Positions 48,404-57,257 of a stretch of DNA of 64,000 nucleotides are shown piece after piece (within the stretch, counting starts at the first letter, position 1; the number at the start of each line of letters is the position of its first letter). The position numbers and the translations under genes are program-made. The DNA is from an uncultured Lachnospiraceae bacterium. Lineage in GTDB: Bacteria; Bacillota; Clostridia; Lachnospirales; Lachnospiraceae. Under the pieces are notes generated by a model. That model did no database searches and was not told the origin of the DNA. It was given only the letters and a program-made list of their open reading frames with translations. The stretch is from NCBI GenBank assembly GCA_910579225.1, contig CAJTTI010000003.1:99150-163149 (forward strand). The letters run 5' to 3'.

Positions 48404-48634
48404 ATAAACGCCCCCCGATTAGAGGTCACTGAAAAAGTAGTCATTTCCGCATAAAAGGACTTTTTCAGTATCCTCGTCTGCAGGGGCAGAAATTTCGTGC
48501 CGTTTATTCCCGCGAGCAACGAGCCAAGTGGCTGCTGCTTGCAGACATTTGGCGACTGCCGCGAGGGTCAAATACCCCGCTGCTCTGCAGCGCTGCAAGT
48601 TTGATACCCCGTTGCTTGCAGCGGGGTCTTTGAT
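48404..48634. repeat. Nested palindromic intergenic element (MITE/REP-like)
   Basis: gaggtcactgaaaaagt / actttttcagtatcctc (48422-48475); gtcaaataccccgctgc / gcagcggggtctttgat (48567-48634) with an internal duplicated taccccg(c/t)tgc. Confidence 0.55.
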
Positions 48635-48663
48635 TTTATAAAAAAGAGAAAAGGCGTAAAAAG

Positions 48664-49428
48664 ATGACAGGAAAGATTGTAGAAATCTGCTGCGGCAGCT
48701 ATTATGATGCAAAACAGGCGGCGCTTGGGGGAGCAGAGCGGATCGAACTGAACAGCGCCCTTATGCTGGGCGGACTGACGCCCACAGAGAGTACGCTTTG
48801 CATGGTAAAGGAAGAATTTCCGTCTTTGAAGGTGGTTGCCATGGTGCGGCCAAGAGGTGCGGGATTCTGTTATACGGAAGAAGAGTTTCAGGTGATGATG
48901 AAGGAGTGTGAAAGCCTGCTTCGGTGCGGAGCGGACGGGATCGCTTTCGGATGTCTTCAGGCGGATGCCTCTCTGGATGAACAGCGTAATCTGAGACTGA
49001 CCGAGAAGATCCGGAATATGGGAGGAGAAGCCGTATTTCACCGGGCTTTTGACTGCTCGAAGGATCCGTTTTCCACCATGGAACGGCTGATTGCCATGGG
49101 CGTGACCCGGGTGCTGACCAGCGGTCTGAAGCCAAAGGCGGCAGAAGGCAGAGAGATGCTGAAAAAGCTGCAGGCAGATTACGGGAAAGACATCCAGATT
49201 CTGGCGGGCAGCGGAGTCAATGCGGACAATGCGGCAGAACTGATGGAATATACCGGGCTTCATCAGGTTCACAGTTCCTGCAAGGCATGGGAGACGGATC
49301 CGACGACGGTGCAGAACGGGATTTCCTACAGTATTGCAGGTGGAGAACATAAGTTCGAATACGATGTGGTCTCATCGGAGTTGGTTAAGAAACTGGTGGA
49401 CAAAGTCAGTGGTAGCACGAAAGGCTGA
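48664..49428 (+). CDS. cutC: CutC-family TIM-barrel protein
   Basis: EICC, RIEL.SAL.LGGLTP, MVRPRGAGF, FHRAFD, RVLTSG. Confidence 0.92.
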   Translation: MTGKIVEICCGSYYDAKQAALGGAERIELNSALMLGGLTPTESTLCMVKEEFPSLKVVAMVRPRGAGFCYTEEEFQVMMKECESLLRCGADGIAFGCLQADASLDEQRNLRLTEKIRNMGGEAVFHRAFDCSKDPFSTMERLIAMGVTRVLTSGLKPKAAEGREMLKKLQADYGKDIQILAGSGVNADNAAELMEYTGLHQVHSSCKAWETDPTTVQNGISYSIAGGEHKFEYDVVSSELVKKLVDKVSGSTKG

Positions 49429-49658
49429 CGAAACTTGCTCCACCTGGCTGATGGAAACGGATCCTGTGGAGTTTTGCCAGATATCATAAGAACAGTACAC
49501 CAGGAAATATAAATCACAGTGCCCTGCATGTCAGGGCTGCTGTGCGTTCAGGGGAAAGGGAATGCTGTGAGCGGGAGCGTATGGTATCAGAATGGATATC
49601 TGAATATTTGGTCGGATACAGAGACAGGTAAAATAGCCGGAAGACAGGGAGAAACAAT

Positions 49659-50531
49659 ATGTGGGTAAAATTAAAACAGAATAAGATCATGCGCAGGATT
49701 ATTACGGTCACCGCCGTCGCTATATCCGCGCTTATGCAGGCGTTTGTGATTCAGGTGTTTATCCGGCCATCGGGACTTCTGTCCGGTGGTTTTACGGGAA
49801 TCGCCATCCTGATCGACGATATTGCATCTTTATATGGGGGGAGCTTTTCTACCTCTCTTGGAATGCTGGTTCTGAACATTCCGGTGGCGCTTTTGTGCAG
49901 CCGAAGCATCAGCAAACGGTTTACTTTCTATTCGCTGATGCAGGTATTTCTGGCCAGCTTTTTTTTGAAAGTCTGCAAGTTTCAGCCCCTGTTTGACGAT
50001 ACAATGCTGAATGTGATCTTCGGCGGATTTCTTTATGGCATTGGCACGGCTGTTGCGCTGAAGGGCAATGCATCCACAGGGGGAACAGATTTTGTCGCTC
50101 TTTATGTATCCAATAAGACTGGAAAATCAATCTGGGAACAGGTATTTGCTGGGAATGTAATTCTTCTGTGTATTTTCGGTTTTATGTTCGGATGGATTTA
50201 TGCAGGATATTCTATTTTGTTCCAGTTTATTTCCACCCGAACGATCTCCTCTTTCCATCACCGGTATGAGCGAGTGACCCTGCAGATCACCACCAGGCAG
50301 GCGGAAAAGGTGATGAAGTCCTATGTGCAGAAATATCGTCATGGGATCTCCTGCGTAGAGGCAGTGGGCGGCTACAGTCATAAGAAGATGTATCTGTTGC
50401 ACACAGTGGTATCCTCCTATGAGGCATCGGAAATCATTGAGTTGATGCGTTCTGAGGATCCCCATATCATCATCAATGTGATGAAAACTCAGAACTTTTA
50501 CGGAAGCTTTTACCAGGCACCCATTGGATAG
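49659..50531 (+). CDS. YitT-family membrane protein
   Basis: LLSGGFTG, LNIP, STGGTD, C-terminal DUF2179-like HGIS...GGYS...DP. Confidence 0.88.
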   Translation: MWVKLKQNKIMRRIITVTAVAISALMQAFVIQVFIRPSGLLSGGFTGIAILIDDIASLYGGSFSTSLGMLVLNIPVALLCSRSISKRFTFYSLMQVFLASFFLKVCKFQPLFDDTMLNVIFGGFLYGIGTAVALKGNASTGGTDFVALYVSNKTGKSIWEQVFAGNVILLCIFGFMFGWIYAGYSILFQFISTRTISSFHHRYERVTLQITTRQAEKVMKSYVQKYRHGISCVEAVGGYSHKKMYLLHTVVSSYEASEIIELMRSEDPHIIINVMKTQNFYGSFYQAPIG

Positions 50532-50629
50532 AATCATTGCATTATTTTCTGCAGTCAGGAATAGGCATGGATACCTTCTAGGCTTTTGAAAATGCCAGGC
50601 TGTGGAAAATGAACGAGCTGATATCTTGA

Positions 50630-50678
50630 AACAATGGAGCTGTCACACTGGGCAGGCAGTGTGATCAGCTCCATTGTT
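50630..50678. terminator. Hairpin between convergent genes, probably bidirectional terminator
   Basis: aacaatggagctg-tcacactg / cagtgtga-t-cagctccattgtt. Confidence 0.75.
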
Positions 50679-50700
50679 ATTTGTAATTATATGATTTCAT

Positions 50701-51693
50701 TCAAATGCTGTCTCTGGAGAACAGTTCTCCGATTTTAGTAAAGAATCCTTTTTCTTTCTGCTGTATTTTTTTATCCAGCATGCGAATATCATATTCATGA
50801 ATCCGAAGCCGGCGCGTGGCATCTTCCATTTGTTTTTTCAGGTCTGACAGACAATATTCTGTCAGTTCTTCCAGATAGGTTCTGTCCACACAAAGGGGGT
50901 ACAGACGATTCTGCTGTTTTCTTTTTTTAAGCCGGGTACAGATATCTTCCATTTCGCTTCTGCTCAGATGCGCTGTATATTTATCCTTTTTAAATATTTC
51001 ATATTCCAGTCGGTTGATATAGCAGACAGGAACCTCCCGAAAATGGTCCTTGACATCGGAGTGATCATTGGCCCACAAAATAATGGGATAGACCTTCAGT
51101 TTTTTCTTCATCTGCGGTTGCTTCTTATAGATTTCCTCCATATACCGGCTCAGAGAATTGGTATGCCGTCTGATTTGTTCAATCAAATTCTCAGAATGAG
51201 AGCCGCTTTTTAAAATACCTTTCTCTGATATGAGACCATTATGCCGCTTATTCTTTACTTCTACAGAGAAAATACCCGTAGGCGCAATAATGACCAGATC
51301 ATGTTCGATATCCAGGTTATTGTATTTCAGACGAAGGTTCTGCAGGGACAGAACCCTATTGCCCAGCAGTGCTATGGCTTTAGCGGCGCGTTCCTCACCT
51401 TTTTGTCCAAATTCCAGACCGCGGTTTGCGTCCTGAACTGCCCGGCTCATCTGCTGAAACGATTCAGGAGCAGATGCCATGTCTACCTGATATTTTTTTA
51501 ATATGTGCATCAGACTGCCATATTGTTTTCTTGCCTGCGTATTGTCGTAACGGTTCTCCTCCAGCAGATGAAGAGAACGGATAAATTCTTTTCTTTTTTT
51601 TATTTCTTTATGAATACAGGCAAGGGTGTCTTTTTCCTTTTGCGCCTCTTTTGCAATTAGGGCGCGCTCTTCGCTTAATTTATTAATGTCCAT
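50701..51693 (-). CDS. NERD (nuclease-related domain) protein with coiled-coil flanks
   Basis: G.KGE, EHDLVIIAPTGIFSVEVKN, EQIRRH. Confidence 0.8.
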   Translation of the reverse strand: MDINKLSEERALIAKEAQKEKDTLACIHKEIKKRKEFIRSLHLLEENRYDNTQARKQYGSLMHILKKYQVDMASAPESFQQMSRAVQDANRGLEFGQKGEERAAKAIALLGNRVLSLQNLRLKYNNLDIEHDLVIIAPTGIFSVEVKNKRHNGLISEKGILKSGSHSENLIEQIRRHTNSLSRYMEEIYKKQPQMKKKLKVYPIILWANDHSDVKDHFREVPVCYINRLEYEIFKKDKYTAHLSRSEMEDICTRLKKRKQQNRLYPLCVDRTYLEELTEYCLSDLKKQMEDATRRLRIHEYDIRMLDKKIQQKEKGFFTKIGELFSRDSI

Positions 51694-51820
51694 ACAGTTC
51701 CTTTATACTTTCTAAACCTTCCATATCACGCAGTGATTTCTCAGGAAGATCATACTTATCATAACACTATTTTCCCCAAATAGGTAGGAGGAATTTAAAA
51801 GTTTTTATGGTTCCGGTAGG

Positions 51821-51849
51821 TAGACAAAGGAAAAGGGAGATACTATAAT
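51821..51849 (+). promoter_or_regulatory. Sigma-A promoter of the ktr operon
   Basis: TAGACA-N17-TATAAT. Confidence 0.6.
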
Positions 51850-51890
51850 AAAGGCAGTTAAAAATAAAGTTTCCTTCAGGGAGAGTAACA

Positions 51891-53234
51891 ATGTTTGCAA
51901 ATATACGAAACCGTCTGACACGTACGCAGTGGATTGCAGTGGGTTTTCTGATTATTATATTGTGCGGTACATGTCTTCTGATGCTTCCTGTCTCCAGCAA
52001 GAGTGCGGGCGGGACCGATTTTCTATCAGCTCTTTTCACAGCGACCAGCGCTACCTGTGTGACAGGACTTGCGGTGGTAGACACTTATCAGCACTGGACA
52101 CTGTTCGGCCAGCTTGTCATCCTTTTGATGATACAGGTGGGCGGACTTGGATTTGTAACGATTGGCGTTACAATTCTTTTGATGATGGGAAAGCGGATCG
52201 GGCTTGCGGACCGGGGGCTTCTGCGCGACAGTGTAAATACACTGGAGCTTGGGGGGATTGTGCGTCTGGCAAAACTGATTGTAAAAGGAACATTTTTAGT
52301 GGAAGGAACCGGGGCGGTGCTGTTGTCACTTCGCTTTGTGCCGGAATTTGGTCTGGCAGAGGGAATTTATTATGGGATTTTTCATTCCATATCGGCATTT
52401 TGCAATGCAGGATTTGATCTGATGGGACGTTTTGAGGCCTATTCATCCATGGTCCGCTATGTGGATGACTGGCTTGTGAATCTGACGACCATAAGCCTGA
52501 TTCTGATCGGCGGGCTTGGATTTGTTGTATGGAGGGATCTGTATAAAAACAGGCTTCAGGTGCGAAGATACACGTTGCATACTAAAATGGTGCTTACAGC
52601 AATGTTCGTTCTGGTCGTGGTGCCGACATTGCTGTTCTGGATATTGGAAAGAGAAGGTGTGCTGGCAGGGCTTAATGGTCCGGGACAGTTTTTGGGCGCG
52701 CTTTTTGCAGCTGTAACGCCCAGGACGGCAGGCTTTAATACCACGGATGTGGCCGGGATGGGGGATGCAGGAAAGCTGTTAACACTGGTGCTGATGTTGA
52801 TTGGTGGGAATCCTGGATCCACAGCCGGAGGAGTGAAAACCACCACGACCATGGTGCTTCTGTTCTATATTGTATCCATGATTCAGCACAGAGACGGGGT
52901 TAATATCTATGGGCGCAGGCTGGAAGACGGGATGATTGAAAAGGCGGCTATTGTGTTCACACTGACCTTATCCATGGCGGTGACTGCTTCCTTTTTTATC
53001 TGTGCCATAGACGGGCTTCCGATGACTGATGTACTTTTGGAAACTTTTTCTGCAGTGGATACTGTAGGGATGACCACCGGGATCACCCGGCAGACAAGTA
53101 CATGTTCCCGTCTGATTCTCATTTTACTAATGTATTGTGGAAGGATTGGCAGTTTGTCATTTGCTCTTGCTTTTACAGACAAAAAGCAGAAGTCCAGTCT
53201 CAGACAGCCGATGGAGCGTATTAATATTGGATGA
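51891..53234 (+). CDS. ktrB: Potassium uptake membrane subunit (KtrB/TrkH)
   Basis: SATCVTGL, SAFCNAGF, RTAGF, GSTAGGVK, TVGMTTG pore motifs. Confidence 0.92.
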   Translation: MFANIRNRLTRTQWIAVGFLIIILCGTCLLMLPVSSKSAGGTDFLSALFTATSATCVTGLAVVDTYQHWTLFGQLVILLMIQVGGLGFVTIGVTILLMMGKRIGLADRGLLRDSVNTLELGGIVRLAKLIVKGTFLVEGTGAVLLSLRFVPEFGLAEGIYYGIFHSISAFCNAGFDLMGRFEAYSSMVRYVDDWLVNLTTISLILIGGLGFVVWRDLYKNRLQVRRYTLHTKMVLTAMFVLVVVPTLLFWILEREGVLAGLNGPGQFLGALFAAVTPRTAGFNTTDVAGMGDAGKLLTLVLMLIGGNPGSTAGGVKTTTTMVLLFYIVSMIQHRDGVNIYGRRLEDGMIEKAAIVFTLTLSMAVTASFFICAIDGLPMTDVLLETFSAVDTVGMTTGITRQTSTCSRLILILLMYCGRIGSLSFALAFTDKKQKSSLRQPMERINIG

Positions 53235-53298
53235 AACAGAACTTTTAATACAGCAAAAGCCGGGGCGGACCGGCACAGAACATTAATCAGGAGGAGTT

Positions 53299-53946
53299 AT
53301 GAAATCATTTTTAATTATTGGGATGGGAAAGTTTGGATATTATCTCTGCAGAGAGCTTTCCAAACTGGGTAATGAAATACTGGCAGTGGATATGGAGGAG
53401 GAATGCCTGACTCCCTGCCTTTCCATGGTTACAAGCGCTCAGATCGGGGACTGTACGAAACTGGAGGTGTTGAAGGAGCTTGGGGTCGGTAATTTTGACC
53501 GGTGTTTTGTCTGTATCGGCACCAACTTTCAGAGCAGCCTGGAGATCACAAGCCTGTTAAAAGAGACCGGCGCCAAATGGGTGGTAAGCCGTGCCAGTAC
53601 GGATGTGCAGGCAAAATTTCTTCTGAGGAACGGTGCGGATGAAGTAGTGTATCCGGAACGTGATATTACAGAACGAATTGCCAAAAAATCCAGTGCCAGC
53701 CATGTGTTTGACTTTGTGGACCTGGGCGATTATGGTATTTATGAAGTCTTGCCGCTGAAAAACTGGGTGGGTAAAAGCATTAAAGAGTTGAATGTGCGTG
53801 TAAGTTATAATATCAGTATCCTGGGAATTCGCGAAAAGGATGGATCGTTGTTTATGCCAGATGCGGATTATCGTTTTGAAGGGGATGATCATATGATGGT
53901 TATGGGCAGCGACGCCGATCTGGCCCGGTTTATTAAAAAACTCTAA
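53299..53946 (+). CDS. ktrA: Potassium uptake regulatory subunit (KtrA/TrkA, RCK)
   Basis: IGMGKFG, GADEVVYPE, RCK_C domain. Confidence 0.92.
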   Translation: MKSFLIIGMGKFGYYLCRELSKLGNEILAVDMEEECLTPCLSMVTSAQIGDCTKLEVLKELGVGNFDRCFVCIGTNFQSSLEITSLLKETGAKWVVSRASTDVQAKFLLRNGADEVVYPERDITERIAKKSSASHVFDFVDLGDYGIYEVLPLKNWVGKSIKELNVRVSYNISILGIREKDGSLFMPDADYRFEGDDHMMVMGSDADLARFIKKL

Positions 53947-53984
53947 GGAAGCGCTGATGAAAATCATCGCTTCCCCAAAGCGTT

Positions 53985-54209
53985 TCAGGTAGTAAGATCC
54001 AACAATTCCGCCTGCTTCAGCAGGAACCGATAGCGCATCTGTACCGCCTTCAGTTCGTAGATCGAGCAGTCAATCAGATCTGGATCAACTACATTTTCAA
54101 AAGTGGAATAGGCGCAGTCCAGGGCATATTTTGTCTTTTTGAGATCTTCTAAAAGCTGCTGCCTGCGGGAATCCGCGCTTGTATCTGGTTCTGTGCGTCT
54201 CATCTGCAT
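53985..54209 (-). CDS. YaaL/DUF2508-family protein (start 54209 or 54203)
   Basis: AYSTFENVVDPDLIDCSIYELKA..RY.FLLK; adjacent to bofA. Confidence 0.8.
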   Translation of the reverse strand: MQMRRTEPDTSADSRRQQLLEDLKKTKYALDCAYSTFENVVDPDLIDCSIYELKAVQMRYRFLLKQAELLDLTT

Positions 54210-54279
54210 CTTCCTTCCTGTGCTGGGAAACTGGTTATTATCAGTATAGTCGCCAATTGGAAAAATTATACGGAAACGG

Positions 54280-54307
54280 GAATATTTTTCAGCAGTTTTC
54301 ATATAGT
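54280..54307 (+). promoter_or_regulatory. Possible sigma-E promoter of bofA
   Basis: GAATA-N15-CATATAGT resembles the mother-cell sigma-E consensus. Confidence 0.45.
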
Positions 54308-54330
54308 AGACCAGAGAGGAGGCGGCTGGA

Positions 54331-54603
54331 ATGGAGAAAGAGATGGGGGTTATTGTGATTGCGGGAGCGTGTATGCTGGTGCTTTTTATGGTGCTGGTAA
54401 AGCGCAGGATCGAATTTTTTTTAAATTTCTGCCTGCGGGCGGTAATGGGAGGAATCTCCATCTATGGGATCAATCTGCTTTTAGCAGCATGGGGAATTTC
54501 CTGTTCGGTGGGGATAAATTTCTGCAGTCTTTTGACATCCGGAATCCTTGGATTCAGCGGGGTTTCTCTGCTTTATGCAGTTGCGGCTTTTCAATTTTTG
54601 TAA
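54331..54603 (+). CDS. bofA: Pro-sigmaK processing inhibitor BofA family
   Basis: Small hydrophobic protein with VGIN...SGILG.SGV. Confidence 0.8.
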   Translation: MEKEMGVIVIAGACMLVLFMVLVKRRIEFFLNFCLRAVMGGISIYGINLLLAAWGISCSVGINFCSLLTSGILGFSGVSLLYAVAAFQFL

Positions 54604-54640
54604 GAATCTGCCAAAAATTGTGAACAAACTGTAAACAGCA

Positions 54641-54692
54641 TTTACTTTTCTAAAGGCATTCTCTATAATAAAAAATGTGATAAACGTTTATC
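54641..54692 (+). promoter_or_regulatory. Sigma-A promoter of the tad operon with downstream palindromic operator
   Basis: TTTACT-N17-TATAAT (54641-54669); perfect palindrome GATAAACGTTTATC (54679-54692). Confidence 0.55.
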
Positions 54693-54791
54693 TGAAAGGT
54701 GGCATTCGCCATAGGCTCAAGTATTTCCGAGCCAGATTCCATTAAAAATTGCAGCATGAAGAAACCGGATCTTGTGTTGCAGGAGGTAACA

Positions 54792-55787
54792 GTGAAAAAC
54801 ACAAGATTATGGATTGCGGATTCTGAAGTATCCTATGCAGATGCTTTCAGAGAATACGTAAATCTGAGAAAAAGTCATTTATTTCAGGTACAAATGTGTA
54901 CGGAACCGGAACAGTTTGAAAAAGTGCTTTCTTCAGAAGAGATTGAAATTCTGCTGATATCAGTAAGATGGTTTGAAATGTTGAAAGACTTCATCCGGAA
55001 TGAATGTGTGATCCTTTTATCTGAGGGCAGCGTTCCCAAAGAACTGGGCAGTTATCCAACCGTGTACAAGTATCAGTCTTCGGAGAATATTCTTCGGGAA
55101 ATTATGTATTATTACTCGGAACAGGACGAAGAAGAGTATTATACACAGACGCATAGAGACAACCAGGTGATTGGGGTGTATTCCCCGTCGGAAGGGGTCA
55201 GGAAGAATCAGTTCGCGCTTACTTTAGGGCAAATCCTTGCAGAGGACCGGAATGTTTTATATCTGAATCTGGAGGAATGCTCCGGATTTTCTGAGATTCT
55301 TTGTGAAAGTCATTGGAACTTGTCAGACTTAATTTATTACCTTAGGCAAAATAAAACGTCGTTTCTGTATCGCCTGAACAGCATGGTTCGCAAGATGGAC
55401 CGTCTGGACTATATCCCACCCTGCGAGTCTTATACGGATTTTTGTCAGATTACCGTAGAAGAGTGGCAGCGTCTGCTACATTTGATCCGCACACAGAGTG
55501 CATATGATTTCATAATACTGGATCTTGGCAATCTTACAGGGCACGAAGCTGATCTGCTGAGACAATGCAGCGGGATTTATGTGCTGACAGAACGGGATAT
55601 TATTTCCCAAGGCAGAGTTGAACAGTGGGAAGGTCATATCCGGACATCAGACGGTATGGATATTCTGGAAAAACTTCAGAGGCTGGAATTGCCGAATTGT
55701 ATAACGGAATTATGTGGGGAGGAAGACCTCCGTATGCTGCCGCAGCAGAAACTGGGATATTATGTCAGAGAACTGCTGCAGGAATAA
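54792..55787 (+). CDS. Tad pilus-associated receiver-like / MinD-ParA-like protein (CpaE/TadZ-like)
   Basis: Degenerate receiver domain, YKYQS, IGVYSP..G..K, LYLNLE, YDFIILDLG; directly upstream of cpaF; GTG after AGGAGG. Confidence 0.7.
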   Translation: MKNTRLWIADSEVSYADAFREYVNLRKSHLFQVQMCTEPEQFEKVLSSEEIEILLISVRWFEMLKDFIRNECVILLSEGSVPKELGSYPTVYKYQSSENILREIMYYYSEQDEEEYYTQTHRDNQVIGVYSPSEGVRKNQFALTLGQILAEDRNVLYLNLEECSGFSEILCESHWNLSDLIYYLRQNKTSFLYRLNSMVRKMDRLDYIPPCESYTDFCQITVEEWQRLLHLIRTQSAYDFIILDLGNLTGHEADLLRQCSGIYVLTERDIISQGRVEQWEGHIRTSDGMDILEKLQRLELPNCITELCGEEDLRMLPQQKLGYYVRELLQE

Positions 55788-55838
55788 TTCCTTTGAAACA
55801 GTAAGCTGCAGGACTGCAGAGCTGGAACAGGAGGTACC

Positions 55839-56667
55839 ATGGAACAGGCATCAGGGAACTCAGAGAGATTTCTGGAGCTGAAAAGACGGATATTGGAACG
55901 GGTGGATTTAAGCAGAGAAGTGCCCGATGAGGAGATGCAGGACCTGATTGACGAGGTTGTACTGTCTTACGGAAGAGAACAAAAGCTCACATTGAATGAT
56001 AAATGTCGACTGAAGAAGGAATTGTTTCATGCACTTCGGAAGATGGATGTTTTGCAGGAACTTTTGGATGAACCGGAAGTTACGGAGATTATGGTCAATG
56101 GCATGGAAGGTATTTTTCTGGAAAAAGGCGGAAAACTTATGCGCTGGGATAAAAATTTTTATTCCCGGGAGCGGATCCTGGATGTAATCCAGCAGATGAT
56201 AGGCGCCTGTAACCGGGTGGTCAATGAATCCCAGCCTATTGTAGATGCGAGGCTTGCGAATGGCGACAGAGTACACGTAGTCCTTCCTCCTGTGGCTGTG
56301 AACGGGCCAATTATCACAATACGACGATTTCCGGAAAGCCCGATCACCATGGAGAGACTTCTGGAACTGGAGAGCCTCTCCTTGGAAGAAGCACTTTTTC
56401 TGAAAGGGGCTGTCCGTTCCGGGTATTCAATTCTGATTGCAGGAGGGACAGGCTCCGGCAAGACAACATTTTTAAATGCGCTTTCGGAGTATATTCCGGA
56501 GGATGAACGGGTGGTGGTCATAGAAGACACTGCAGAACTTCAGATCCAAAAAGTGAAGAATCTGGTAAGGCTGGAAACCCGGACATCCGGGATGGAAGAC
56601 TGCAGAGAGGTTACGATTCGGGATCTGATCCGGGCATCTCTGAGGATGCGTCCATCGAGAATCATCG
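55839..56667 (+). pseudogene. cpaF: CpaF/TadA pilus ATPase, 5' part only, interrupted by an insertion (ORF reads on to 56756 in foreign DNA)
   Basis: EIMVNG, PIVDARL, TIRRF, Walker A GGTGSGKT, IEDTAEL, LRMRPSRII. The expected VGEVRG and His boxes are absent. Confidence 0.88.
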
Positions 56668-56822
56668 GAATATATGGAGCAACCGCCCCTATAATCCCTT
56701 ATTTTCGGTCTTTATTACAGGGTTTATATAATTCCTGTAGGAAAGCCTCTGTTTAAAGGCTTTTTAAATGCAAAAGACAAGTAACCTGAGTCACTTGCCT
56801 TTTTGTGGTGAAGTTGGAGCCA

Positions 56823-57257
56823 TTATAAATGGTCTGGTAAATTAAGATTATATGCTTCTTCTAATTGTGATTTTAGCTTTTTGATTTCTTCTAAAGCTTC
56901 TTCATATTTGTCTTTGTATTTATTTTCAGAAACAATGTCATTTTTTATTTTATCCAGAGCTTTTTTTAAATCCCTATTTTCTCTTTTGAGAATTTGAATA
57001 TAAGTATCGGCTGAATCTTTACTTCTGTTTTTGCAATATCCAGTAGGAGTTATGTATTTATCAGCCAATTCTTTCATATCTGGGTGTTTGGAAAAGTAAG
57101 TTCTGCTTACACCTGCCTCCCTACAAAGGTCAGCAAGAGTAAATTCTCCTTCTTTTCTTAGCTTGTTGATGGCTTTCTTCACATCATCAGCTTTTTTCTG
57201 TTTAACGGCTTCATTATGCTTTTTAACGCCAGCCATTTTTTTCTCTTTAGCTGTCAT
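56823..57257 (-). CDS. TnpC/DUF6262-like HTH plus coiled-coil protein
   Basis: VKKAINKL...LCREAGVSRTYFSKHP, then a coiled coil; last gene of the recombinase operon. Confidence 0.7.
   Translation of the reverse strand: MTAKEKKMAGVKKHNEAVKQKKADDVKKAINKLRKEGEFTLADLCREAGVSRTYFSKHPDMKELADKYITPTGYCKNRSKDSADTYIQILKRENRDLKKALDKIKNDIVSENKYKDKYEEALEEIKKLKSQLEEAYNLNLPDHL

Noticed and set aside
6374..49350. Many long antisense ORFs (e.g. 6374-7483, 11624-12889, 14465-15856, 39953-41365, 47293-48519)
   Set aside because: They shadow well-supported genes on the opposite strand and have no recognisable motifs.
51694..51890. c-di-AMP (ydaO) riboswitch upstream of ktrB
   Set aside because: The promoter lies about 40 nt from the start codon and no consensus is visible.
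54685..54745. Possible c-di-GMP riboswitch ahead of the tad genes
   Set aside because: A GAAA-loop stem and agccag are present, but the GCAAA core elements of class I and the class II consensus are missing. An Rfam scan would settle it.
56668..56756. C-terminal extension of the cpaF ORF as real coding sequence
   Set aside because: It is read-through into the inserted element and has no ATPase motifs.
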